DNA of 64,000 nt, taken from positions 4,704 through 68,703 of the forward strand of contig CAYJIL010000001.1 in NCBI GenBank assembly GCA_964370235.1, given 5' to 3'. Every line of letters begins with the position of its first letter. The first letter of the stretch is position 1. The stretch comes from an uncultured Rikenellaceae bacterium. Its GTDB lineage: Bacteria; Bacteroidota; Bacteroidia; Bacteroidales; Rikenellaceae. Of this stretch, positions 46,699 through 54,760 are shown piece by piece. A program made the position numbers and the translations under genes. The notes beneath the pieces were generated by a model. That model was not told the origin of the DNA and did no database searches. It saw only the letters and a list, made by a program, of their open reading frames with translations.

Positions 46699-47826
46699 AT
46701 GAGTTTTTACGATATAGTTAACAAATATAGCTGGGATGATATAGCAGAGCGCATATATAGTTCGACAAAAGAGGACGTTGTGCGTGCTCTATCGGCAAGT
46801 GGCGAGCTCTCGCCCGAAGATATGATACCATTGCTATCGCCTGCCGCTAGCGGCATGCTAGAGCAAATAGCACAAAAGAGTATGGATATTACTCGCCGCC
46901 GATTTGGCAATGTTATGCAACTATACGTACCACTATATATATCGAGTTACTGCCAAAATAGATGTCTATATTGCGGCTTTAGTGTCACTAACAAAATACC
47001 TCGCAAACAACTATCACAAGAGGAGATAGCTACTGAGTGTAAGGCTATTGGCCGTGACCCATTTCGTCATATATTGCTTGTGACGGGTGAGTCGACAATA
47101 TATTCGTCGGTGGAGTATTTAGGCGACTCAATAGAGACTGCCCTTCAAAGCTTTGAACAAGTGTCTATTGAGGTGCAGCCACTACAAACACACGAATATA
47201 AACAACTAGTAGAGAAAGGATTACACGGAGTATATGTATATCAAGAGACCTATAACGAGGCTCGCTATGGCGAATATCACCCCAAAGGGCGCAAGGCAAA
47301 CTATCGATATAGGCTCGAAACTCCCGATCGTTTGGGCGAGGCTGGAGTCTATAAAATAGGCTTTGGCAACCTTATTGGGCTAGAGGATTGGCGAGTAGAG
47401 GCGTTTTTTACGGCTCTGCACATCGACTACATATCAAAAAAATATTGGCGTAGCAAATGTTCTGTTTCGTTCCCTAGGCTTAGGCCTTGTGTGGGCGATG
47501 GATTTAACCCCAACTTCCCATCAACCGAGAGTGATTTACTACAAATAATGTGTGCTTACCGACTATTTAGCGAAGATTTGGAGATTTCGCTATCGACACG
47601 AGAAAGCCCATACTTTAGGGATAATGTTGCAAGGCTTGGTGTAACTACCATGTCGGCAGCATCTAAGACAACACCCGGTGGTTATAGCGACTACGAGGCA
47701 AACAAAGAGCTAGAGCAGTTCTCGGTAAACGATGACCGTAGCGCACAAGCAGTTGCCGCAGCCATTAGAGAGCGTGGACTAGAGCCCGTTTGGAAAGATT
47801 GGTCACACTATCTACACTCAAAATAG
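46699..47826 (+). CDS. thiH: 2-iminoacetate synthase (tyrosine lyase, radical SAM)
   Basis: 375-aa ORF with CQNRCLYCGF (CxxxCxxC). Its position in the thi cluster fits ThiH. Confidence 0.88.
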   Translation: MSFYDIVNKYSWDDIAERIYSSTKEDVVRALSASGELSPEDMIPLLSPAASGMLEQIAQKSMDITRRRFGNVMQLYVPLYISSYCQNRCLYCGFSVTNKIPRKQLSQEEIATECKAIGRDPFRHILLVTGESTIYSSVEYLGDSIETALQSFEQVSIEVQPLQTHEYKQLVEKGLHGVYVYQETYNEARYGEYHPKGRKANYRYRLETPDRLGEAGVYKIGFGNLIGLEDWRVEAFFTALHIDYISKKYWRSKCSVSFPRLRPCVGDGFNPNFPSTESDLLQIMCAYRLFSEDLEISLSTRESPYFRDNVARLGVTTMSAASKTTPGGYSDYEANKELEQFSVNDDRSAQAVAAAIRERGLEPVWKDWSHYLHSK

Positions 47827-47831
47827 CGTTT

Positions 47832-48527
47832 ATGATGACTCTTAGCGAATATCAAAAAGAGCTATATGCACGCAACCTATTAGTCGATGGTTTTAGCCCC
47901 CAGATGCAGGCAAAGTTGCTAGGTTCTAGTGTTTTTGTTGTTGGAGCAGGAGGGCTAGGTGGTATAGTATTGTCGTATTTGGCAGCAGCTGGTATTGGTA
48001 AAATAGCTATTTGTGATGGCGATGTGGTGTCGCTAAGTAATCTGCAACGCCAAATTCTATTCTCTCACAACCAAATTGGGCAGAGCAAAGCCCAAATAGC
48101 CACCGAGCGGCTGAGAGCAATACAGCCAAAAATAGAAATTGAGTGTTATGATAGTTTTTTTACCGCCGAGAATGGAGCACGCTGGGCAAAAGGCTACGAT
48201 ATAATTGTAGATTGTAGCGACAATTACAAGGCTAGATATGCAATTGATCAAGTGTGTGAGGAGCTAAACATCCCAATGCTATATGGCACAGCCGAGCAAC
48301 TATCGGGGCAAGTGGCACTGCTAAAGGCAGGTGGCTACCGCAAACTGTTCCCTAGTGTTAGCGATGGCGAAAACCCACCGGGGGTGCTTACACCAATGCC
48401 CGGCATAGTGGGTTCGATACAGGCACTAGAGACAATAAAATATCTAACTCAACTGTCTGCAACACTAGAACAACGATTGCTCACAATAGATGGGCTTAGT
48501 TACAAAATTTCGATATTCAAAATATAA
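47832..48527 (+). CDS. thiF: ThiF/MoeB/HesA-family adenylyltransferase
   Basis: The start is trimmed to MMTLSEYQ. It has the E1-like nucleotide loop VVGAGGLGG and LSNLQRQ. Confidence 0.8.
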   Translation: MMTLSEYQKELYARNLLVDGFSPQMQAKLLGSSVFVVGAGGLGGIVLSYLAAAGIGKIAICDGDVVSLSNLQRQILFSHNQIGQSKAQIATERLRAIQPKIEIECYDSFFTAENGARWAKGYDIIVDCSDNYKARYAIDQVCEELNIPMLYGTAEQLSGQVALLKAGGYRKLFPSVSDGENPPGVLTPMPGIVGSIQALETIKYLTQLSATLEQRLLTIDGLSYKISIFKI

Positions 48528-48558
48528 TTATTATCTTAGCCAATTAAAAAGCAAGAGA

Positions 48559-49356
48559 ATGAAACCACTTTTTATTACTTGGGATATAGATCCTACTTTA
48601 ATATCTATCGGCAGCTTCGAGATCATGTACTATGGTCTATTTTGGGTTGTAGCATTTATGGCTGCAATGGAGGTCTTTAAGCGTATGCTAAAGCACGAAG
48701 GTCGTGATGTTAAGCTGGTTGACTCGGCATTTATCTACTGTTTTATCGCCACAATTGTGGGTGCTAGACTAGGGCATTGCTTGTTTTATGAGCCCGAATA
48801 CTATTTGTTAAACCCTGTCGAAATTCTAAATATTAGAGGTGGTGGACTAGCTAGCCACGGAGCATCGTTTGGTCTACTTGTGGGGCTTTATATGTTTGCC
48901 AAGAAAAACAAACTCACATATATTTGGACACTAGACCACATTACTGCGACTATTCCACTTGCAGGTGCGTTTGTTAGGATTGGTAATCTGTTTAACTCAG
49001 AGATTTATGGTACCGAAACATCGATGCCATGGGGTTTTATTTTTGTTCGCAATGGCGAAACAGTAGCAAAACACCCCACACAAATATATGAGGCATTGGT
49101 GTATGTGCTTTTGTTTGGGCTACTTATGTGGCTATACTACAAAAAAGATGCAGCCAAACGCCCGGGATTAATGTTTGCGGTATTCCTAATTTTCTTGTTT
49201 GGTTCGAGAATTATTATCGAGATTATAAAAATGCCACAGGTCTCTTTTGAGGAGGGAATGGCACTAAATATGGGACAAATCTTGAGTATACCATTTGTTT
49301 TGGGTGGATTTATTCTACTATACTACTCGCTTACTGGCAGAACAGAGAAAAAATAA
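48559..49356 (+). CDS. lgt: Prolipoprotein diacylglyceryl transferase
   Basis: The start is trimmed to MKPLFITW. It is polytopic, with Lgt blocks (GARLGHCLFYEP; RGGGLASHGA; RIGNLFNSEIYG; HPTQIYEA). Confidence 0.9.
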   Translation: MKPLFITWDIDPTLISIGSFEIMYYGLFWVVAFMAAMEVFKRMLKHEGRDVKLVDSAFIYCFIATIVGARLGHCLFYEPEYYLLNPVEILNIRGGGLASHGASFGLLVGLYMFAKKNKLTYIWTLDHITATIPLAGAFVRIGNLFNSEIYGTETSMPWGFIFVRNGETVAKHPTQIYEALVYVLLFGLLMWLYYKKDAAKRPGLMFAVFLIFLFGSRIIIEIIKMPQVSFEEGMALNMGQILSIPFVLGGFILLYYSLTGRTEKK

Positions 49357-49362
49357 TCTATT

Positions 49363-50319
49363 ATGGAGAACATCACTGTTTCAAAGGTAATTAACGACCT
49401 AGTGCGCTCGGGGAGATATATTTTCTTGCCCGAGATTGGTACGCTGTACCTAGATGGCGAGGTTGTTATATACCGAGGAGATGGCTCGGGTGAGAATATC
49501 ATAGATATACTAACCGCAGATTACAAAGAGCCACAGAGGCTATATGAGAATTGGTTGACACGCAATCGCACAGTATCTACATATCGTCAGAGCGTAGACA
49601 TTGAGCCACTAGGTAGGCTTGTGCTAACACAAGCGTGTGCAATATTCATGACCACAGTTGGCAAAGATGGCATTGCTCTAAACGACGATGCCCAAGCTGC
49701 CATCGAGGCCGCTCTAGCGGCAGCAGCAGCTAGCGAGGGAGAACACACGCTCGAAGGCATTATGGCACACGAGCGAGAACAAGAGGCTCTACAACAAGCT
49801 GCACAGCAACAAGAGGCAGACAAAATGGCTCTCGAAAACGAAGATGATTACATAGACGATAGCGACCTTGTCGAGCGATCGAGAAATTGGCGCACAATTG
49901 CCATAGTTCTAGCACTAGTACTTGCGGTTGTATCTATCGTGTCGGGCTATTTGTTTGGCACCCTAAAGAACACTCCACACAAGGTGCGTGTAATTAGAGA
50001 TACCGTAGTAATAGAGAGTACTACTCCCGACACTATACCTGCTATGAAACTAGTACCAGCAAAAAAAATTGGTAGCTACCATGTTATAGCTGGTGCATAC
50101 CGAGAGAAGCAGCGTGCACAAAAAGTTCAACAACAAGAGATACAGCGAGGATATGAGGCAATTATGTTTTATAGCCCTAGCAAAAACTTGTATATGGTTT
50201 CGATTTCGAGTGGCGATAGCCGTGACTCGATGCAGCAAGTACTTAACGCAACACCTGTGCCTGCCGATAGCGACCCATACTGGATATTTGAGCAGAGTGA
50301 TATAGAGGTAATAGAGTAA
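49363..50319 (+). CDS. HU-like N-domain / SPOR C-domain membrane protein
   Basis: 318-aa ORF with an N-terminal HU-CCDC81-like block, an Ala/Gln-rich linker and a TM helix. The C-terminus is SPOR-like (YHVIAGAYREKQRAQKV...YMVSISSGDSRDS). Confidence 0.6.
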   Translation: MENITVSKVINDLVRSGRYIFLPEIGTLYLDGEVVIYRGDGSGENIIDILTADYKEPQRLYENWLTRNRTVSTYRQSVDIEPLGRLVLTQACAIFMTTVGKDGIALNDDAQAAIEAALAAAAASEGEHTLEGIMAHEREQEALQQAAQQQEADKMALENEDDYIDDSDLVERSRNWRTIAIVLALVLAVVSIVSGYLFGTLKNTPHKVRVIRDTVVIESTTPDTIPAMKLVPAKKIGSYHVIAGAYREKQRAQKVQQQEIQRGYEAIMFYSPSKNLYMVSISSGDSRDSMQQVLNATPVPADSDPYWIFEQSDIEVIE

Positions 50320-50341
50320 GTAAAATATAAAAACTAAATAT

Positions 50342-51304
50342 ATGCGTAACTATCTATCAGTAGATGATATCGGCGATATCAAGAGTGCTGTTAAAGAGGC
50401 ACTAGAGGTTAAGAATAACAGATTTGGGTATAAAGAGCTAGGCGAGAACAAGACTGTTCTTTTAATATTCTTTAACTCTAGCCTTCGCACTAGGCTAAGC
50501 ACACAAAAGGCTGCTACAAACCTAGGCATGAATGTTATTGTGCTAGATATTAACCAAGGGGCATGGAAGTTAGAGACCGAGCGAGGTGTTGTCATGGATT
50601 CGGACAAGAGCGAGCATCTACTAGAGGCTATACCAGTTATGGCTAGCTATTGCGATATTATAGGTATTCGTGCCTTTGCACGCTTTGAGAACAAAGAGGC
50701 AGACTACTCAGAGGAGATTATCTCACAATTTGTGCAGCATGCCAATCGCCCAATCTTCTCGATGGAGGGGGCAACCGGTCATCCGCTACAAGGCTTTGCC
50801 GATGTAATTACAATCGAAGAGCACAAAAAGAGCGAGCGACCAAAAGTTGTGCTTACTTGGGCTCCTCACCCACGTGCTCTGCCACAAGCTGTTCCAAACT
50901 CTTTTGCACAATGGGCAGTGGCTGCAGGTTACGAAGTTGTGGTTACACACCCAAAAGGTTACGAGCTAGATACTAAATTTACCAATGGTGCCGTTATAGA
51001 GTACGACCAGGACAAAGCGTTCGAGGGAGCCGACTTTATTTATGCAAAAAACTGGGCTGCTTACCAAGACGAAAACTATGGTAAAATACTTTGTCAAGAT
51101 ATGAGTTGGACAGTTACAAGCGATAAAATGGCACTAACTAACGAGGCATATTTTATGCACTGTCTACCTGTTCGCCGCAACATGATTGTTACCGACGAAG
51201 TTATCGAAAGCCCACAGAGCCTTGTAATTAAAGAGGCTGCAAATCGTGAAATTTCGGCACAAGTGGTTCTAAAGCGCATGCTTGAGTCGCTAAGAGAGGA
51301 ATAA
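50342..51304 (+). CDS. argF: N-acyl (succinyl/acetyl)-ornithine carbamoyltransferase
   Basis: 320-aa ORF with transcarbamylase motifs SLRTR, HPLQ and HCLP. Its length and sequence resemble the Bacteroidota ArgF' type. The acyl specificity cannot be decided by eye. Confidence 0.78.
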   Translation: MRNYLSVDDIGDIKSAVKEALEVKNNRFGYKELGENKTVLLIFFNSSLRTRLSTQKAATNLGMNVIVLDINQGAWKLETERGVVMDSDKSEHLLEAIPVMASYCDIIGIRAFARFENKEADYSEEIISQFVQHANRPIFSMEGATGHPLQGFADVITIEEHKKSERPKVVLTWAPHPRALPQAVPNSFAQWAVAAGYEVVVTHPKGYELDTKFTNGAVIEYDQDKAFEGADFIYAKNWAAYQDENYGKILCQDMSWTVTSDKMALTNEAYFMHCLPVRRNMIVTDEVIESPQSLVIKEAANREISAQVVLKRMLESLREE

Positions 51305-51326
51305 AAGTAAAATAATTTAGAATATA

Positions 51327-52619
51327 ATGTTTAAAAAAGTTTTTAACACAACTATTTCGAGAGTTTTTATTGCCCTTGCAGTGGCACTTGTTGCAATTTC
51401 ATGTAATAAGGATGATGAAACATCTATTACACTAGGTATCTCGCCACAGAGCATGGAGGAGCTTCCTCATACCGAGGATAGTCGCATGATTTATATCACT
51501 AGCCAAGAGTGGGACTGGGAGCTAGAGGTGCGTGAAGGTAGTGACTGGCTATCGGCTAGCCAAACTAGCGGTAGTGCAGATATATCATACGATGTTAATA
51601 TCTACTTTAGCGAGAACCCAGACACATCGTCTCGTAGTGCAATTATCTTTGCTTGGAATAAAATAGACCCTACGGTGTATGATAGTATTCCAATCACTCA
51701 GCTTGGGCAGCCGCTTGATATGATATTTGAGACTATTCAAGATAGTTATAACAAGAATGGCGGTAGCTTCGACATCGATATTTTGAGTAACGTAGACTGG
51801 GAGCTAGTGAGCATTAGCGACTGGATGACACTTACAAAAACTTCGGAGGCAACACCTAGTAGTAAGCCTAATTTCGATAAGTTCGACTATAACTTCACAA
51901 TTCAGCCAAACCCTAGCGTTAGCCTACGCCAAGGCTCGATAGTGTTTAAGGATAAGAATCCCGAGAATAGCGATTGGACTTATGAAGTGCTAATTACGCA
52001 ATATGGTAGTGGATCTTTACAAACCGACACAGATCTTTTGAAGGATATTTTCAACACAATGGGTGGCGATAGCTGGACAAAGAAATGGGATATAACTCAG
52101 CCTATCGAAAACTGGCAAGGTGTAAAAACCGAACTGAGTGCCGATGGTAATATGAGGGTAGTAGAGCTAGACCTATCGGGGTGCAACCTTGTGGGTGAGC
52201 TACCAGAGAATATTGGCGATCTTTCGTTTATTAAGATACTCGATCTATCAGATAACGAGATTAGTGGAACAATTCCACAATCAATTACATCTCTTAATAA
52301 TAGTGTTAGCCTGTCGCTAAATCACAACAAGCTAACGGGCGAAATTCCAGCACAAATTGGAGAACTTCGCAAGCTATGGCGACTACACTTGAACAACAAC
52401 CAGCTAACAGGCAATATTCCTGTGCTAACTACACTAGAGGTTATTCAGGTACTTACGCTTAACGATAATATGCTTACGGGAGACTTTCCAGCAGGTATCG
52501 AGGAGCTAATCAACCTAGAGTATTTTTATGTACAAAATAACAAGCTAAGCGGTGCTAGACCCGATAGCTATGAAGATAGCCAATATTGGACACAGTGGCA
52601 GCTTGCTCCACAAAACTAG
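51327..52619 (+). CDS. BACON-domain plus leucine-rich-repeat surface lipoprotein
   Basis: 430-aa ORF with a lipobox (VAISC). Two BACON-like modules are present (W..W...DWL...SG...R.A.I pattern). Five 23-24-residue LRRs of LxxLxLxxNxLxGxIP type follow. Confidence 0.7.
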   Translation: MFKKVFNTTISRVFIALAVALVAISCNKDDETSITLGISPQSMEELPHTEDSRMIYITSQEWDWELEVREGSDWLSASQTSGSADISYDVNIYFSENPDTSSRSAIIFAWNKIDPTVYDSIPITQLGQPLDMIFETIQDSYNKNGGSFDIDILSNVDWELVSISDWMTLTKTSEATPSSKPNFDKFDYNFTIQPNPSVSLRQGSIVFKDKNPENSDWTYEVLITQYGSGSLQTDTDLLKDIFNTMGGDSWTKKWDITQPIENWQGVKTELSADGNMRVVELDLSGCNLVGELPENIGDLSFIKILDLSDNEISGTIPQSITSLNNSVSLSLNHNKLTGEIPAQIGELRKLWRLHLNNNQLTGNIPVLTTLEVIQVLTLNDNMLTGDFPAGIEELINLEYFYVQNNKLSGARPDSYEDSQYWTQWQLAPQN

Positions 52620-52641
52620 CCTGTTAGGCTCATACATCGCA

Positions 52642-52680
52642 CAAAAGGCGTTTGCTATTTTAGCAAACGCCTTTTGTTTT
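52642..52680 (+). terminator. Rho-independent terminator closing the 34583-52619 array
   Basis: 15-bp stem CAAAAGGCGTTTGCT / AGCAAACGCCTTTTG with loop ATTTT, then TTTT. Confidence 0.85.
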
Positions 52681-52693
52681 GAGTGTAAATTAC

Positions 52694-52701
52694 TATATTT
52701 G
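52694..52701 (+). promoter_or_regulatory. Candidate -7 box (TATATTTG) for the M48 peptidase gene
   Basis: Matches TAnnTTTG. It lies 25 nt upstream of the ATG at 52727. Confidence 0.45.
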
Positions 52702-52726
52702 CGCCTTAATTATCAAAAAAAATAAA

Positions 52727-53521
52727 ATGGGAAACAAGATCTACAAATTATTCATGGTTGCTGTATTTGTTATGGCAGCTGCGCCAGCATTTGGACAATT
52801 TAACCTATCACGCTCTTTGAAAGGTGCGACTAAGGTTGTGCAAGCGGCTACACTTACAGACAAGCAAATGGCCGAGTATGTAAAGGAGTATATCGACTGG
52901 ATGGATGAAAACAATAAAGTATGTGATGCAGACGATCCATACACTGTGCGATTGAACAAACTTACCGAAGGTATAACTAGCGTAGATGGTATTCCTCTTA
53001 ACTTTAAAGTATATTATGTAACCGACGTTAATGCTTTTGCTTGCCCAGATGGTAGTATTAGAGTATTTTCGTCGTTGATGGATATTGTAAGCGATGACGA
53101 GCTTTTGGGTATTATTGGCCACGAGATAGGACACATTGCAAACCGTGATTCAAAGGATGCTTACCGTTCGGCACTACTTACATCGGCTCTAAAAGATGGC
53201 GTTGCATCGACAGGTGACAGGGCAGCGGCTCTATCGGATTCGCAGTTAGGCAGCCTTGGCGAGGCATTAATGAGTGCATCATACTCAAAAAAGCAGGAGC
53301 ACGAGGCAGACGCTTATGCCTATGACTTTTTGAAGGCAGCAGATCGCAACCCATGGGCTATGGCACTATCGTTTGAGCGTCTAAAGAAACTAGCCGAAGA
53401 GGCAGGTGCAAGCGATGCTAGCAAAATGAGCCAGCTATTCTCTACTCACCCCGACCTAGATGTTCGCATTGAGAATATGTCTGAGCGTGCACAAAGCGAA
53501 GGATTTGTTAGACCAGAGTAA
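52727..53521 (+). CDS. M48-family zinc metallopeptidase (exported)
   Basis: The start is trimmed to MGNKIYK (signal peptide). It has the HEIGH zinc motif and a downstream E (QEHEAD). Confidence 0.85.
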   Translation: MGNKIYKLFMVAVFVMAAAPAFGQFNLSRSLKGATKVVQAATLTDKQMAEYVKEYIDWMDENNKVCDADDPYTVRLNKLTEGITSVDGIPLNFKVYYVTDVNAFACPDGSIRVFSSLMDIVSDDELLGIIGHEIGHIANRDSKDAYRSALLTSALKDGVASTGDRAAALSDSQLGSLGEALMSASYSKKQEHEADAYAYDFLKAADRNPWAMALSFERLKKLAEEAGASDASKMSQLFSTHPDLDVRIENMSERAQSEGFVRPE

Positions 53522-53539
53522 TAGACAACTAAAATATGA

Positions 53540-53584
53540 AACACCCCGAAAGTAAAGCGTTTTACTTTCGGGGTGTTTTGTTTT
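53540..53584. terminator. Bidirectional terminator (M48 peptidase / UbiA-family gene)
   Basis: 17-bp stem AACACCCCGAAAGTAAA / TTTACTTTCGGGGTGTT with loop GCGT, then TTTGTTTT. Confidence 0.85.
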
Positions 53585-53598
53585 GGGGCGCTTGGATA

Positions 53599-54453
53599 CT
53601 AAAAGAAAATTGCCAATATAGTAAACAGACCATACACAAGGCTACCAACACCGTTCATTGTGGCAAAGGCTAGGTTAACTTTTGAGATGTCGGATGGTTT
53701 AACAACCACATGCTCAAACACCAATATTAGCGAAAAGATAGCTCCACCAACGATATACCATATATTTGGCAAGAACACCACACCTATATATATAATTATT
53801 GCAATTACAGCCAAGTGTAGCAGTGCACTCACTAGCAGAGCACCTTTGCGACCTAGCAAAACGGGAATAGAGTTTAGCCCTCGTTTGCGGTCAAACTCTT
53901 CGTCTTGTAGCGCATACAAAATATCAAAACCGCCACACCACAGAGCCACAAGCGCAGCAATTAGGATTACGAATGGGTGAAATTCGCCCATGAGAGCTAT
54001 ATAGGCACCCACTGGAGCTACTGCAAGCGCAACACCCAACACCAAATGACAGAGCCAAGTAAAACGTTTGGTGAGACTATAACCCAACACCAACACCAAC
54101 GCAATGGGTGATAGCTTAAAGGCAAGCGGATTGAGCATCCATGCCGACCAAACAAACAACAACGAACACACAACAACAAAAATAGTTGCTGCACGAGGCG
54201 ATATTTTGCCCGATGGAATCTCACGAACGGCAGTTCTAGCGTTTTGAGCATCGATGTCACGGTCGACTAAACGGTTAAATGCCATAGCAGCACTTCGAGC
54301 AAACACCATTGCAAGCACTACAAATAGTAGAGTCTTAGCAGGCAAAAATTTTGTTTGCTCAACACCATAAAAAAGCCCGACCATTGCAAATGGCATTGCA
54401 AAAATGGTGTGCGAAAATTTTATCATCGAAAAGTACTCTTTTACAGATCCCAT
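53599..54453 (-). CDS. UbiA-family aromatic prenyltransferase (4-hydroxybenzoate/menaquinone-type)
   Basis: The start is trimmed to MGSVKEY. It is polytopic, with Asp-rich motifs NRLVDRDIDAQN and YALQDEEFD. Confidence 0.8.
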   Translation of the reverse strand: MGSVKEYFSMIKFSHTIFAMPFAMVGLFYGVEQTKFLPAKTLLFVVLAMVFARSAAMAFNRLVDRDIDAQNARTAVREIPSGKISPRAATIFVVVCSLLFVWSAWMLNPLAFKLSPIALVLVLGYSLTKRFTWLCHLVLGVALAVAPVGAYIALMGEFHPFVILIAALVALWCGGFDILYALQDEEFDRKRGLNSIPVLLGRKGALLVSALLHLAVIAIIIYIGVVFLPNIWYIVGGAIFSLILVFEHVVVKPSDISKVNLAFATMNGVGSLVYGLFTILAIFF

Positions 54454-54512
54454 ATATTTTAATTTAAAATTAAATGAAAAATTGAGCCAAAAAACAACTG
54501 TGGCTCTGGTTG

Positions 54513-54520
54513 CAAATTTA
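54513..54520 (-). promoter_or_regulatory. Candidate -7 box (TAAATTTG) for the UbiA-family gene
   Basis: Reverse complement of CAAATTTA. It lies 59 nt upstream of the ATG at 54453. Confidence 0.35.
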
Positions 54521-54582
54521 ACGACAATAAAATAATAATGAAAAAAATGTTGTAATGTTATCAAAATAACAAAAAGATACCC

Positions 54583-54590
54583 TATATTTG
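54583..54590 (+). promoter_or_regulatory. Candidate -7 box (TATATTTG) for nqrABCDEF
   Basis: Matches TAnnTTTG. It lies 170 nt upstream of the nqrA ATG, which implies a long leader. Confidence 0.4.
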
Positions 54591-54596
54591 CACTTT

Positions 54597-54612
54597 GGTA
54601 GTTAGGTAGTTA
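54597..54612 (+). repeat. Tandem GGTAGTTA x2 in the nqrA leader (further GGTAGT copy at 54633-54638, inverted copy at 54699-54707)
   Basis: Read directly: GGTAGTTAGGTAGTTA. ACTACCTAA at 54699-54707 is the exact complement of TTAGGTAGT at 54602-54610. Confidence 0.7.
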
Positions 54613-54760
54613 TATAGTCTAACCTGCTAATAGGTAGTGGCTAAGGTGTGGGCTTGTGTGTTTGTGGTTAATTTTGGCAAGGCAATAAATTGCATACTAC
54701 TACCTAAAATGGTTATACAACAGCAAAGAAATAGAACAAAATATTCTAAATAATATAAAT

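Noticed and set aside
54675-54694. Sigma-54-like promoter TGGCA-N10-TTGCA in the nqrA leader (rpoN is in the window)
   Set aside because: The spacing between the GG and GC elements is about 4 nt too long for the TGGCAC-N5-TTGC consensus. I also scanned the other TGGCAC and GTGCCA occurrences by eye (for example 1734, 27273, 33196, 35981, 53351, 58245). None has a correctly spaced TTGC.
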